Part shown: positions 12,150 through 25,500 of the stretch, in pieces
Layout of the letters: each line of letters begins with the position of its first letter
Numbering within the stretch: the first letter of the stretch is position 1
Notes under the pieces: model-generated
What the model was told of the DNA's origin: nothing
The model's database searches: none
Seen by the model: only the letters and a program-made list of their open reading frames with translations
From: Ranitomeya imitator
Lineage: Eukaryota
Direction: 5' to 3'
Assembly: GCF_032444005.1 (NCBI RefSeq)
Contig: NC_091285.1
Coordinates: 38,378,001 to 38,442,000 of the forward strand
DNA: 64,000 nucleotides
Position numbers and translations under genes: made by a program

Positions 12150-12420
12150 ACCAGTGACATTATACACAGGAGTGTATAGTGTACAGGTAATACAGGGATC
12201 ACCAATGACATTATACACAAGAGCTCTGTATCCAGTTTACAGGTAATACAAGGATCACCAGGGACATTATACACAGGATCTGTATATATAGTGTACAGGT
12301 AATACAGTGATCACCGGTGACATTATACACTGGAGCTCTGTATATAGTGTCAGTGTACAGGTAATACAGGGATCACCAGTGACATTATACACCGGAGCTC
12401 TGTATATAGTGTATAGTATG
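12150..12420. repeat. About 56-bp tandem repeat (5 copies, 51-62 bp)
   Basis: ACATTATACAC recurs at 12157, 12208, 12264, 12320 and 12382. Probably internal to a hAT-like non-autonomous element starting near 11390. Confidence 0.8.
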
Positions 12421-14118
12421 CATGTACATGTAATTCACTGACACACCTGTGATGTCTCTAGGTGAAATCTTCCATCTTCACTTATCTTCTTTATCTGGCA
12501 CAGACCGCCATCACTTCTTCCTGCCAGAACTTGTCTCTGCAGGAAATAAGTCATATTGCATGACTCGTTAGAGGGTTGATTGTGACTTGTAGGATCGCTA
12601 CTTCCAACAGGTGGCGCTATAGAGTTTAAGTCCTCTTTCTCTCTGAAGAGGCAATTTGCATACAGGAAATAACAGTTATTTATAGCTGATCTCTTGTAGA
12701 GCACATTCCTCACTTAATCCCCAACTTCTACACTATGCCAGATGATGAAAAAAAGTGACATAGTGCCACCCTGCACAGTAATAGGACCCCCGTTTTATTC
12801 CCCCCACGGAAAACAGTCTCCTAAAAACTAAATTATATTACAGCAGTGATAATGTTCCCCACTTGCCACCATAAACTAATAATGTATGTTGCTCATTCTG
12901 GCCATCATACAGTGATAGATCTATGTCATCTACTGAGGAAGAAGTCTTTGGACTTCGAAATGCTTTGAGAATCTGAATAAATCATCAAGGTTTATCTTCT
13001 ACCTGCCTGGATGTTTAATTGCACAGAAGTGCAGAGGATATCCACAAAATTTTCCCCGGTTTATAAGTTCAGAATTCTAAAATCTGTACTAAAAATACAT
13101 CAAATAAAGGGGAAAACACACCAAAAATGCAATAATCAGAGCAGATTGTTATTGCATAATTTAATGAAAACATTTTATCTGCACATTTTCTGCAGAAAAT
13201 GTGCAGATAAAAAACAGCAGGAAAAAACGCCGCATTTACGCTACCTGTGAATATTGGCCAAAAGGCTTATTCACACAACAGTTTTTGGTCAGTATATTCC
13301 ATCAGTGATTGCGCTCCTGCAGACGACCGTAGTTTTGGTCTGAGCGCGATCCTTCAAAATAATCAGATCACGCTCCGAGCAATGTTATTCAATGAGGCTG
13401 TGCTCATATTTAATATTTTCCTCGGTCCGAGGAAAAAAATCCCAACATGCACAATTTGCCTCCAAAAATCGGATGACACTCAACCATTCATGTTTATGGA
13501 TCCGTGGAAAAAATTGGACTGCACATTCAAGTGCAATCCGATTTTCACATTTTTTTTCTTCACCTCTGAAAAACATGGCTCCCAGTCTGATCAAACTCTG
13601 ATCAAAGTGTGATTATCATTATTGGACCGTTTTTCTGGGAGGGAGAACATACGGTCGTCTGCACCTGCCCTCTGTATGCCACAACCAGGAGGGATCGAAC
13701 AGAGAAAAACTGTAAGGCCATGTTCACACATAGCGTCCTGTCCCTGCGGGTTCTCCCGCAGCGGATTTGATAAATCTGCAGGGCAAACCCGCTGCGGTTA
13801 TCCCTGCAGATTTATCGCGGTTTGTCCTGCGGGTTCCGCTGCGGGATTTTACCCCTACTATTGATGCTGCATATGCAGCAATATGCATAATGTTAAAAAT
13901 AATAAAAATGATGATATACTCACCCTCTGACGTCCCGATCTCCTCGGTGCTGCAGGCGGCGGTCCGGTTCCAAAGATGCTGTGCGAGAAGGACCTTCGTG
14001 ACATCACGGTCATGTGACCGCGACGTCACCGCAGGTCCTGGTCGCATAGCAAACCTGAGACCGGACGGCCGCGTGCAGCGCTGAGACTTCAGAGGTGAGT
14101 ATATCATGATTTTTTATT

Positions 14119-17100
14119 ACGCAAGTGGGGGTGCACGCTAGCGTCCCATAAGCAAAGCGTCACAGAAGATAAGCGTCGTGACACCGCAGTTATTCCATGG
14201 CAGTTAGTCAGGGCAGGAGTCAGGTAACCCACACTCTGTTCTCCCTTCTATCCATGTGCATTATTCCTATCCTCCTATGCTCCCTTGCAATCCACATTCA
14301 CCGCCCAATCCCCCCTCCATCACGACTCATATACATCAGCTCCTCTCTCCTTCCCTCTCCCATGTACAGCTCCCATGCACTTCTCACCTTCCTGAAAAAC
14401 CTCAGTCCATCTTACCCAAACAGACTGCAGAAAAAAACTTCATACAATCCCAAAAGCTACTTGCTTTTTATCTTCCTACTCCTGCTGATATCAGGAGACA
14501 TCTCCCCAAACCCCGGTCCACCATCCACCAACCTCAACCCCTACCCTACCTCACATCGAAACCTTACTAATCTTACTAATATTAATTGCACTCCTTCATC
14601 CCCTCCTTCTTTTAATTGTGCCCTTTGGAATCCACGGTCTGTATGTAACAAGCTTCCTTTCCTACACAATTACTTTCTGAAAAACTCTCTGAATCTGCTG
14701 GCCCTCACGGAAACCTGGATTCAGGATTCTGACACCGTCTCTCCTGCTGCCATTACCCATGGTGGCTTACAATTCTCCCACTCCCCGAGACCAACAAATA
14801 GACCTGGTGGTGGAGTTGGCATACTCCTGTCCCCACAATGCACTTTCCAGGTCATCCCCTCAGTTCCATCACTCTCATTCCCTTCTTTTGAGGTCCACAC
14901 CATCAGGCTCTTTCGCCCCCTCTCCCTCAGAGTAGCGGTCATATACCGGCCCCCAGGCTCACCCACCTGCTTCCTGGACCATTTCTCTGCCTGGCTGCCG
15001 CACTTCATGTCCTCAGAACTACCAACCCTTATCCTGGGAGACTTCAACATCCCCATTAACAGCCCCACTTCCACATCTGCATCCCAGCTTCTGTCAGTAA
15101 CCACTTCTCTCGGCCTCTCACAGCTCTCAACCTCTGAGACACACAAGGACGGTAACACCCTGGACCTGGTTTTTGCCCGGCTCTGCTCAATCTCCTACAT
15201 AGATAACTCACCGCTTCCCCTCTCTGACCACAACATTCTCTCCTTCACACTCACATATCCTCGCTCACCCCAGCACCCTCCTACACACCATTCAGTCAGA
15301 AATCTACAAGCCATTAACCCTCTTACACTTTCAGACTCCCTACGCTTATCATTGTCCCCAATCTCTTCCTTTTCCTGTCCTGATCTGGCGGTACATCACT
15401 TCAATGACACTCTTAGAAGCACCCTTGACCAAGTAGCTCCCCTCACCCTCAGGACCTCCAAACACAGAATAAAACAGCCCTGGCTCACATCGCAAACCCG
15501 ATTTCTCCAGCGATCCTCTAGGTGTGCTGAACGCTTATGGAGGAAAACACGCACACCAGAAGACTTCATACACTTCAAATGTATGTTAAGGACCTATAAC
15601 TTTGCCCTTCACTTCGCTAAACAGACCTACTTTACCACTCTGATCTCCTCACTATCCAACAACCCCAAAAAACTTTTTGACACCTTTCACTCCCTCCTCA
15701 GGCCAAAAGCACAAGCCCCTATCACAGATATTTGTGCTGGTGACCTGGCCTCCCACTTTATAGAGAAAATAGACAATATCCGTCAGGAAATCCGCTCCCA
15801 ACAACTAAGTTCAGTGACTCCCATCCCTCCCCTCATTGCCCCTGGCTCACTCTCCTCATTCGATCCCATCACAGAAGAAGAAGTCTCCAAGCTCCTCTCC
15901 TCTTCTCGTCCGACTACATGCACTACCGATCCCATTCCCTCACATCTCCTCCAGTCTCTCTCTCCAGTTGTCACAAGTCACCTAACTACAATCTTTAATC
16001 TCTCCCTCTCCTCTGGCATTTTCCCCTCCTCCTTCAAACACTCTATCATTACTCCATTACTAAAGAAACCCACCCTCGACCCATCCTGCACAAACAACTA
16101 CAGACCGGTCTCCAATCTCCCCTTCATCTCTAAACTCTTGGAGCGCCTGATATACTCCCGCCTTACCCGTTACCTCTCCACTCACTCCCTCCTAGACCCT
16201 TCACAGTCCGGTTTCCGCCCCCTACATTCGACAGAAACTGCACTCATCAAAGTAACCAATGACCTTCTGACAGCAAAACGTAATGGTGACCACTCTCTGC
16301 TCATTCTTCTCGACCTTTCTGCAGCTTTTGACACTGTTGAACACCCTCTCCTGCTCTCTAGGCTCCAGTCACTAGGCATTAAGGACACTGCTCTCTCCTG
16401 GTTCTCCTCCTATCTTTCCGACCGCTCCTTCAGTGTTCTGTTCTCTGGCTCCACTTCATCTCCTCTTCCTCTCACTGTTGGGGTACCTCAGGGCTCAGTC
16501 CTTGGCCCCCTTCTGTTCTCTCTCTACACGGCCCCAATTGGACAGACCATCAGCAGATTTGGCTTTCAGTACCATCTTTATGCCGACGACACACAACTAT
16601 ATACGTCATCCCCTGACCTTACCCCCGCTGTACTACAGAATGCCACTGACTGTCTGTCCGCAGTCTCCAACATCATGTCCGCTCTCTATCTGAAACTCAA
16701 CCTCTCCAAAACTGAACTTCTTCTGCTCCCACCATCTACTAACCTCCCTAAATCTGACATTTCCCTCTCCGTGGGTGGCACCATAATAACACCCCGGCAG
16801 CAGGCGCGCTGTCTGGGTGTTATGTTTGACTCCGATCTCTCCTTCACCTCCCATATACAATCTCTTGCCCGCTCGTGCCGCTTACACCTAAAGAACATCT
16901 CTAGAATCCGCCCTTTTCTCACCATGGAGACAGCTAAAACCCTCACGGTCGCCCTGATCCACTCCCGCCTGGACTACTGTAATGCTCTATTAATTGGCCT
17001 CCCCCTCACTCGACTTTCCCCTCTCCAGTCCATCCTTAATGCAGCAGCCAGGGTAGTCCATCTGGCTAATCGTTACTCGGACGCGTCCGCTCTTCGCCAG

Positions 17101-17720
17101 TCGTTACACTGGCTGCCCATTCATTACAGGATACAATTCAAAGTACTTGTTCTCACCCACAAAGCTCTCCACAGTGCGGCACCCCCTTACATCTCCTCCC
17201 TCATTTCTGTCTATCAGCCTAACAGACCACTGCGCTCTGCAAATGACTTTCGGCTAACCTCTGCACTAATCCGTACCTCCCACTCCCGACTCCAAGACTT
17301 CTCCCGTGCTGCGCCAATCCTCTGGAATGCTCTACCCCAAGATATTAGGACCATCCATAATTTGCATAGTTTTAGGCGCTCGCTCAAAACACATTTGTTC
17401 AGAGCGGCCTATCACGTTCCCTAATCAAAGTTATGTTATGTTTGTGTGTGTGTAGCCCATTCACTATCCCCATCTATTCCCCAACCCCTGAAGATGGCTG
17501 GACCATGATTGTAAATACATCATTGTAAATACACACCTGTACTTTGTATCTCCCCCACCTCATTGTAGATTGTAAGCTCTCACGAGCAGGGTCGTCTTAT
17601 TTTGCTTTAATTATTGTATTGTTAACGTTGTTACTTATGACTTTTGTGTTTGAAACTGTTAAACTGTAAAGCGCTGCGGAATATGTTGGCGCTATATAAA
17701 TAAAGATTATTATTATTATT
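14119..17720 (+). mobile_element. L2-clade LINE, 5'-truncated in ORF1, intact ORF2, 3' UTR and (ATT)n tail
   Basis: Contains the EN-RT ORF2. The 3' end is GTAAAGCGCTGCGGAATATGTTGGCGCTATATAAATAAAG(ATT)n. Confidence 0.93.
14197..17424 (+). CDS. L2 ORF2: APE endonuclease plus reverse transcriptase (1075 aa)
   Basis: ALTETW, IYRPPG, GDFN, SDH (endonuclease); [31 protein letters not shown] (RT). No stops. Confidence 0.95.
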   Translation: MAVSQGRSQVTHTLFSLLSMCIIPILLCSLAIHIHRPIPPPSRLIYISSSLLPSPMYSSHALLTFLKNLSPSYPNRLQKKTSYNPKSYLLFIFLLLLISGDISPNPGPPSTNLNPYPTSHRNLTNLTNINCTPSSPPSFNCALWNPRSVCNKLPFLHNYFLKNSLNLLALTETWIQDSDTVSPAAITHGGLQFSHSPRPTNRPGGGVGILLSPQCTFQVIPSVPSLSFPSFEVHTIRLFRPLSLRVAVIYRPPGSPTCFLDHFSAWLPHFMSSELPTLILGDFNIPINSPTSTSASQLLSVTTSLGLSQLSTSETHKDGNTLDLVFARLCSISYIDNSPLPLSDHNILSFTLTYPRSPQHPPTHHSVRNLQAINPLTLSDSLRLSLSPISSFSCPDLAVHHFNDTLRSTLDQVAPLTLRTSKHRIKQPWLTSQTRFLQRSSRCAERLWRKTRTPEDFIHFKCMLRTYNFALHFAKQTYFTTLISSLSNNPKKLFDTFHSLLRPKAQAPITDICAGDLASHFIEKIDNIRQEIRSQQLSSVTPIPPLIAPGSLSSFDPITEEEVSKLLSSSRPTTCTTDPIPSHLLQSLSPVVTSHLTTIFNLSLSSGIFPSSFKHSIITPLLKKPTLDPSCTNNYRPVSNLPFISKLLERLIYSRLTRYLSTHSLLDPSQSGFRPLHSTETALIKVTNDLLTAKRNGDHSLLILLDLSAAFDTVEHPLLLSRLQSLGIKDTALSWFSSYLSDRSFSVLFSGSTSSPLPLTVGVPQGSVLGPLLFSLYTAPIGQTISRFGFQYHLYADDTQLYTSSPDLTPAVLQNATDCLSAVSNIMSALYLKLNLSKTELLLLPPSTNLPKSDISLSVGGTIITPRQQARCLGVMFDSDLSFTSHIQSLARSCRLHLKNISRIRPFLTMETAKTLTVALIHSRLDYCNALLIGLPLTRLSPLQSILNAAARVVHLANRYSDASALRQSLHWLPIHYRIQFKVLVLTHKALHSAAPPYISSLISVYQPNRPLRSANDFRLTSALIRTSHSRLQDFSRAAPILWNALPQDIRTIHNLHSFRRSLKTHLFRAAYHVP

Positions 17721-18486
17721 AATTCTACACAAATATGGTTCCCGGGGCCTGGAGGAGAGTCTCCTCTCCTCCACCCCGGGTACCACCCGCACATTATCTG
17801 CTTACTTCCCGCATGGTGTGCACGGCCCCATGCGGGAAGTAAGCGGATCAATGCATTCCTATGGGTGCAGAATCGCTGCGATTCTGCACAAAGAAGTGAC
17901 ATGCTGCGGGTTGTAAACCGCTGCGTTCCCGCGCGGTTTTTCCCGCAGCATGTGCACAGCGGTTTGCGGTTTCCATAGGGTTTACATGTTACTGTAAACG
18001 CTATGGAAACTGCTGCGGACCCGCAGCTGCAAAATCGCCGCGGTTCCGCGGTAAAAACCGCAATGTGTGAACATAGCCTAATTGAAAGATTGACACCTGT
18101 TTCGTGTATGGAGAATCACCTGGTTTTGGCAAACAAATACTGATGAAATACTGATGCAAAAATACTGACGTGTGAATAAGGTCTGACAGAAAAGCTTTTT
18201 GTTAAAACATGTCAGAATGGTTTTCTCCAAAATCCTGTTATGTGCCAACTTAGGGCTCATTAAGATGTCAGGTTTTTCAGGTATGAGAAAAATGGAACAA
18301 GTTTCATCAGATTTGAGTCAGAGTTTGGTCAATTTTATAATTTGTTTTCACTGAGGGAAAAAAAAGTTTCTCTAGCTAGACTATTATTATTATTATATTA
18401 CTATACTATTTCACTAGACTATTAGTCAGTGAAAAATGGACAAGCACACAAATGTGCAGAGCTCTCCAATTTTTTCGCTGACCATA

Positions 18487-18853
18487 GGCCATGTTCAGTA
18501 TTTTGTCAGTGTTTTACCTCAGTATGTATAAGCCGAAACCAGGCGTGGAACAATCAGAGGAAAAGTATGAAACTCCCACGAGTCGCGCACCTCAATACCC
18601 GGCACTGCCGCCGACACTCGGGAGCAGAGCGCTCGCTGCATAGAAATACATGCAGTCGCACACTCCGGTCCTGAGTACCAGCGGCAGTGACTGGTATTGA
18701 GATGCGAGACTCGTGCGAGTTTCTCGCAAGTGTGTTCCCGGCCTAATAGAAACACGTCACCGCTTCTGTATTTATTTCCCGCTCCTGGTTTTGGCTTACA
18801 CATACTGAGGTAAAAAAACTGACTGACCAAATACTGACCGTGTGAACCTGGCC
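18487..18853. mobile_element. Harbinger MITE with a second, left-truncated MITE (about 18570-18743) nested inside
   Basis: TIRs GGCCATGTTCA and TGTGAACCTGGCC. The uninterrupted relative at 38859-39052 (opposite orientation) shows the empty site AAAAGTATAATAGAAAC. Confidence 0.75.
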
Positions 18854-19381
18854 TTATAGGTATGAGTGCAATCAGTGAAAAAAAAAAAAATGGATAGCTC
18901 TCATATGTGGAAAAAGGCCATCTGAAGCCGGTCCTAGCGTATTAGCTAAAGATCGCCATACGCAGGGGGGATGCTTCATCGCAGCATAATGTAACTGAAT
19001 AATGAGCGGTGCGGCCCACTAGGTGCAGTGTTGTTGGTGACAATATCACCCCCCTAGCAGTATCCGGCGATCTCTGGTCCTATAACTTGTGTCATAGCAT
19101 AACTTGCCGGGCATCCCCGACCTAATAAAATAAGTTTTTACACAGCGCATTTTAAATCTGCACGCCTATGCCCATCTCTTGTATTATCACAGCCTCATCT
19201 CAGCCATACGGAGATAGCCATGTTGGAAAATGCCAAAATCCCATTAGTTTTCAGATTCTTGCCATTCTTGCCTTTTGGGGTAGGATATTCCATAGTTTAC
19301 TGCTCTAACTGTAAGAATCCTTTGCTATAATGATGACATCTTTTGATATTTTTTTTTTTTTAAATAGTCTCATGTAAACTA

Positions 19382-19518
19382 CAGCTGCATGTGTAAACTA
19401 TGAAGGGGTTAAGATGATCATAGAGGTCACTAATTACATTGGGGGTCCGCCCTGCACCTGATCCCACTTCAGCTCTTGTCCTATCAGAGATGCTCTGGTT
19501 TATTCACATTGTATAAAA
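19382..19518 (+). promoter_or_regulatory. ZP4-A proximal promoter
   Basis: E-boxes CAGCTG (19382), CATGTG (19388) and CACCTG (19455), GC box CCGCCC (19447), TATAAAA (19512-19518), 44 nt before the ATG. Confidence 0.6.
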
Positions 19519-19561
19519 CCCTGGACTATGGTGGATGGTGACACAGGCAGCTGCTGACAAG

Positions 19562-22500
19562 ATGGGCTTGTGTAGAGTGTGGTTTGGGCTTGTAGTTGCT
19601 CTGTGGGCCTCTGGTCTGGGGTCACCAGTGGGTGCAGTGCAGGACTATTGGGATGAGCCATCACATCTGCAGTGTGGAGCTGATGCCATGGAGTTTTCTC
19701 TCCCTTCCTTGCTTGGGGATGCAGTATTTGCCTTGGCTGTGATTGGTAAGTGCCATAATGTGTGGTAATGTTGCCCATAGAAGTCATGGTGGTTTGTAGG
19801 AAGCTGGGCTGATAGTAATAATCACAATGCAGCATTCACTTTTTTTTGCTCTGTATGTGGTTGCTATGGATGAGACATGAATAAGGGTGTGTGGTGATTT
19901 GTTTTTTGTTTTTTTCTTGGCACATGATGGCTGAGTAAACCAGTGATCATGTGCATGTAACAGCTGATGGGATTGCCAGGTCAGACTGGTTTTGTCCTCT
20001 AGGGACTGATTTCTGCTCTACATAGTAGTGCTGTGTATTGTCATTGGATGATTGCAGCTCTAGATACAGTAAAGATCAAGTTTAAAAAAAAAAAGTTCAA
20101 ATCTCTACCCTTTTGCCTCCTATACATTAAAAAAAAACATGCTTAGTATTGCTGCATCAGATATATAAAATTACCCTAATTGGCATAGCATAAGCTTAAA
20201 ATGTCACAACTGTATGGAGTTTTTTTTTTTCTGCCTCAGTGCAATACTGTTGCAGTAAACCTGTTTACCCCCCCCCCCCCAAAAAAAAAAATGGTTTCAA
20301 CAAAACTGTCAGATCCCAGAAAACTAAGCCATCCCTGCCCCAAATCTCAAGTGAAAATGCTATGTGTGGGTCTCAGAAAAATGGTGACAAAAGCAAAACC
20401 ATATATATATATTTTTTTTAACAGCTTATCCTGTAGAGAAAAGCCCTCTTAGGGTATGTTTCCACGTTCAGGAAACGCTGCTTTTCTGATGCAGCGTTGG
20501 GCTGCAGTGTCCAGATGTTACAGCATAGTGGAGGGGATTTCATGAAATCCCGTCTCCACTATGCATTAAGACGCATACGGCAAAAACGCACATGCGGTGC
20601 GTCTTTTAAGAACGCAGCATGTCCTTACATTGCAGAAACAATGCAGGTGACCTCAGGTGCAGATTTGGTCAGGATTTTACCTGCACAAAATTCTGACCAA
20701 ATCCTGATGCAATCCTGAACGTGTACACATACCCTAACAGCTATATTGGTGAAAAATAAGAGTTGGGTCTTCGAAGGAAGAAATAAAAAAAATCAGCTGT
20801 ACTTGAAAGGGTTAAGCTCTCCATGTAGCTGCTCCTGATACAATGTGTAGTGATTGATATTTCCCTGGCACTGCAGAGCATTGTGTAGTGACTGCAGTGT
20901 GCTCATTGTATAATAAGCGGGACCAGGGAACGAGCAGCTGCAGGGAGAATAACTCTTCCCTTTTCTTCCTGTAGCTGCTGCTTCTGAAGGTGATGGGTTC
21001 CCAGTAAAGCATTTCTCCCTTGTATAATGATCCTTAGAATGGCCTGGACAACAACTTTACACAAATGTGGTGATAAAACTTCGTAGTTGCATGCCAGTAA
21101 TGTCATATATCGCTCGCCTTTCTTATAGACAAGAATGGAAAGTCTCATTACTTTCACAATGACTCCACTTGTGGCACCTGGCTTGGACAGAAATCTGATG
21201 GCTCAATGGCGCTCGGCTCTACATTTCGTGGCTGTTATGTGCGAGAGGAGGTAAGCTGAAAAAGGCAACGGAGAACATTTTGTAGACCGCAGAACCATAA
21301 CTGGATATTGACTTCAGTGAGCTGTTTGCTTCCAGCTCCTCCATAGACCTTTATAAGCAGCAACCGATGACTTATCCACCCAGGACAAGACCTTTTATCA
21401 GTGTTCCCCCAACTCCGGTCCTTGAGCCACCAACAGGTCATGTTTTCAGCATTTCCTTAGTATTGCACAGGTGATGTAATTATCACCTGTTCAATACTAA
21501 AGAAATCCTGAAAACCTGACCTGTTGAGGACCGGAGTTGGGGGACACTGATCTATATGGAAGGACTACCAAATATCTACCTTCCTTTTGCGTAATGAGGC
21601 AATTATTTTACTCTTGTTAATTGCAGAATGACAACTATGTAATGACCATCACTCTAGAAGAGGTTTTCCAGGATGGAAAATCCCAGTATCACAAGAAGGA
21701 CCTGATGTGCCCCATTCTCCTAGGTAAATGTCTATGGTGTTACAGGACTTAAATCCAGTGACTTGTTGCTGCTTTCCTTTATAAATGGGGTTTGTCATGG
21801 TCCAATGGCTATTCAAATGAAGCACAAACGTTTAATATACCCTTGTCATGGCCAAGCAACTCAATGCACCTTCTTGAGGTCTTTCCTCCTATCCACCATA
21901 TCTCTTAAGTAATCCCTGCTAGGAAATGTCCACTCATTCTCTAACTCCCCCAAGGTTAAATACCATGGAAAAGTACTGTACCAAGTCAGCATTTCGTGCA
22001 ACTTCACTTATTGTGCATGGATGACAGATGCTTTGTGCCCCCCAATCCCAGCTTCTTTTTAAAACTTGGACACCAGCGGAAATTTAACAAGCTGTGGCCT
22101 ACCATCGTGACTTTTTACACTTCTGTGTAGGATCTGACGATCCCATTTCCCCCCCCCCAACAAAAAAATGAGCATATGCTCTAGATGGCAGGGCATTGTC
22201 TGCACCACTGTAGTCAGTTGGTGTGCATCACTCTTGGCAGTATAGACCTACTAGTCTTGACTAAATCTTACTGCCCATTTCTTGGGCTTAAGCCATTCTC
22301 CGAGGAACACTATGAACTCAGTCTTGGACTAAAAGGCCAAGTAAATCATTAGTGATCCAGTAACTCTTCTGGCCTTCTCTTCCCTATAGCTATGGATGCT
22401 CCAAGCCCAGGTGACTGTGCTTCAGTTCAGCCAGCCGACCGTCTGCCGTGCGCCAATGACTCCGTCTCTAGAGATCTCTGTGAAGGACTCGGATGCTGCT

Positions 22501-25500
22501 TTTCTCAGTATGAACGGCTGCGCTGCTACTATGGGAAAAAGCGTAAGTTTAACTGCACATAGTCCATTATAATGCTACATCGACATGGTCCTGATATAGC
22601 AAAGCTGAGTTTGACATGACGGCCGTGGTGTCTGGTATATCTTGCATGGGACTGCAGTGTTGCTTAAACAATTAGGTGTTATCAACGTTTCATGTTAAGG
22701 CCATGCTAGAATGCTAATACAGTTGAATGTGGGGTCCAGTGCAGGCACCAGAGCAGCCATGTGGTCTGCTATTGGCAGCACACCACTGGCTGAGGAAGTG
22801 GGGGCTCTAGGCAAATGGCTAGTCTGCCTTGCCCTAATGCTGGGGGAGGGGCCCTACAGTAGACCATTATCAATAGTTTAGCCAACACTCGAATAGGGAG
22901 CCAAACTGGTTGTTGAGGAGTGTCAATCTGGCTTGTGCAAATTTTTGGGCTTCCAAATATGGTGGTGTGCTGGAGATACACCATTGATGGGATTCTCGTA
23001 AGACACAAGCTCACTTAGCTTCGCACATGCCCCCATGGGATCATCCAGTCTTATGATCTCAATGGTTAACTGGCCTTGGGTCTCAAAACAGAATTATGGC
23101 CAATAATAGTACTGTGCTAAGCTTCCAGCTTTTCACATTACTTGTGTAAGTGCCAACCATCTTTCCAGGTATTGATGACTTCATACATATGAAAGGCTAA
23201 AATTCTTGTCTCGCCCATGATTCTTATTTCCATATTAACCACTTGACTTCCTATGCAGTGACTGCTTATTGCAATGCTGAAAACAAGATGGTGGTTGCCA
23301 TTTCAAAAGACCTGACTGTACCGTCCTTAATTTTGGACTCTGTTTACATTATGGATGTGGACTCTGCCTCCTGCCCAGAGCTGAGAGTGGCCACAACTGC
23401 ATCATTCATTGGGTTCCAGTTGCCCCTCTCCTGTGGAGGTGCAAACCAGGTGAGCAAAAAGTTTACTAGAAGTTCATCCGATCAACTGCAAAAAAGTCAA
23501 GCCTGCCTTGCTCTACCTGCAGCAACTGATACTCCTCTATAACTTGGTACCATTTGGTTTTACAGGTGGCCGAGTCATTGGTATATGAACGCACTTTTGT
23601 GGCAACCAACCGTGTACTCACCTGGCAGAGGGCTTCTATCACTAGAGACAGTAACATGAGGTAGTTAAGTACAACTCTAATCTAATGGATAAGATTTTCT
23701 GTAGACTTTTACTAATATAATCTTTAATACAGGGTGACCGTACGCTGCAACTATGGACATACTGGGGTCATACCTCTGCAGGTTGAAGTTTTGACTCTCC
23801 CACCACCTCTTCCTGTGTCCACCTCTGGTCCTCTTCTTTTGGAAATGAGAATAGCCAAAGGTAAGCATTTTCTATTAATACTTAAACCCATGATATGGTG
23901 TCAAACAATTAATACTACAGAACAAGTGGAGTAGTGCACAGAAGTCTTGCAAAAAATGCCACTTGGTTAGCACAAGGCTTGTCCCAGCTGGTTAATGAAT
24001 GCAAGCCTTGGGTCTGTAGACTGTATGAGTTTTGGCTTCATGACAGATGATGGATCTTACGATCTTATTTTAATGAGACGCAATCACCCATCAATGTCTT
24101 GCAGATCAGCAATATACTTCATACTACACTGAACGAGAGTATCCCATCGAACGAGTCTTAAGGGATCCTGTGCACACAGAAGTTCGGATTCTGCAGAGGA
24201 CTGATCCCAGCCTGGTTCTGGTGTTGAACGACTGTTGGGCCACCAATTCTCCTGTGCCTACTGACGGTCCTCAGTGGCCTATCTTGTCTAACAGGTAGGG
24301 GTTAAACAACTAAGGATAAAATCCTTGTCCTGTTGAGGACTTCCATGATGTAATGCATAGTGTTCTCCCTCCTCAGCTGCCCTTTTCAGGGTGACAACTA
24401 TCTGACGGAGCTGGTTCCTGTAGTCTCTTCACAGAGCATGACTTTTCCAACACACTACAAGCGCTTTATCGTTAACGCATTCACCTTTGTGGATGAAAAC
24501 ACCCAAACTGCTCTTTCTGGACTGGTAAGTGTCTTGCTTGTATATGGTCCACTGCCACACTGGTCTGTAAAGGAAATTGCAAATTCTTGCAAGAATCACA
24601 TGACTGGTCTAATTTCACTTTCCTTCCAGCTAAAGGACACCTTATTGAGCAGCTAGAAGTTCACTGACTCTCCTACTTGGGTGACTTGTAAGGGCGGCAG
24701 ACTTCCAGCCACTGTTACAGTAGGGTTGGTGGGTCCCCTTGGCATTGTCTTAGGCATATGGCAAGTAATGGGGGGGGGGGGTGTACCACTTAAAATCTGC
24801 ACCAATTAAGGAGCTTCATACTGGACACAGTGGTGTGCTTAGCTTTTGAGGGTCTGACCTACTATGACTTCAGGGACTCTCTTGCTGATAAGACTTTAAT
24901 CAAGATATAGATACATATATAAAAACCATGTTGTATACATACTACAGGTTATTTGCCCACTCTTGTTTTGATATTGGGCCTTGTCTACTACTCCAGCAGG
25001 AAGTGTCAAATGGGGCTTAAAAAAATCTTCTGCTAAATCCCAAGTCAAACAATCCTCAACATAATTAGAAGAGACTTGCCATGCAGTAGAATATAGTAGG
25101 TCTGAGCTGTAACAAACCTCAGTTGGTAACTTCTCTGTGGTCCTACAGGTGTTCTTTCACTGCAGTGCGTCAGTGTGTGTACCATCTGCCACAGAATCGT
25201 GCTCCATCAACTGTGCCAGAAGACAAAGTAGGTGGAAACTGAGTTACACTCAACTACTGTCTTGGTATTGATGGGCCTCATCTTCTGGAATCTGTTATTT
25301 GATGTTCTGCACATCTTGTGGGCCTAACTTTCAGACTTGTCTTGCAGAAAGAATGGTTGACACATGGGGGTCTGATCTTCAAACAGTGACTTCCAATGGG
25401 CCGATTGTGTTCAACACTAAACTAACAGAAATGGAGAAGTTGCTCCATGAGGAGGAAGGTAAGGAGCTACATACCACGTGATGCAATAGATTAGCCTAAC

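Larger units (their letters stand above)
13716..18078. mobile_element. PIF/Harbinger MITE split by an L2 insertion (halves 13716-14118 and 17721-18078)
   Basis: TIRs GGCCATGTTCACACA and TGTGTGAACATAGCC with TAA TSDs (13713-13715, 18079-18081). Confidence 0.85.

Noticed and set aside
11390-12850. hAT-like element starting CAGGGTTGGACTGGGGTGCC
   Set aside because: The matching right TIR and 8-bp TSD were not found. Only its internal tandem repeat is reported.
19535-19561. Upstream in-frame ATG for ZP4-A (and track starts at 39172 and 54684 for B and C)
   Set aside because: They lie at or before the expected transcription start about 30 nt after TATA (the C one is inside the TATA box). The downstream ATGs directly begin signal peptides.
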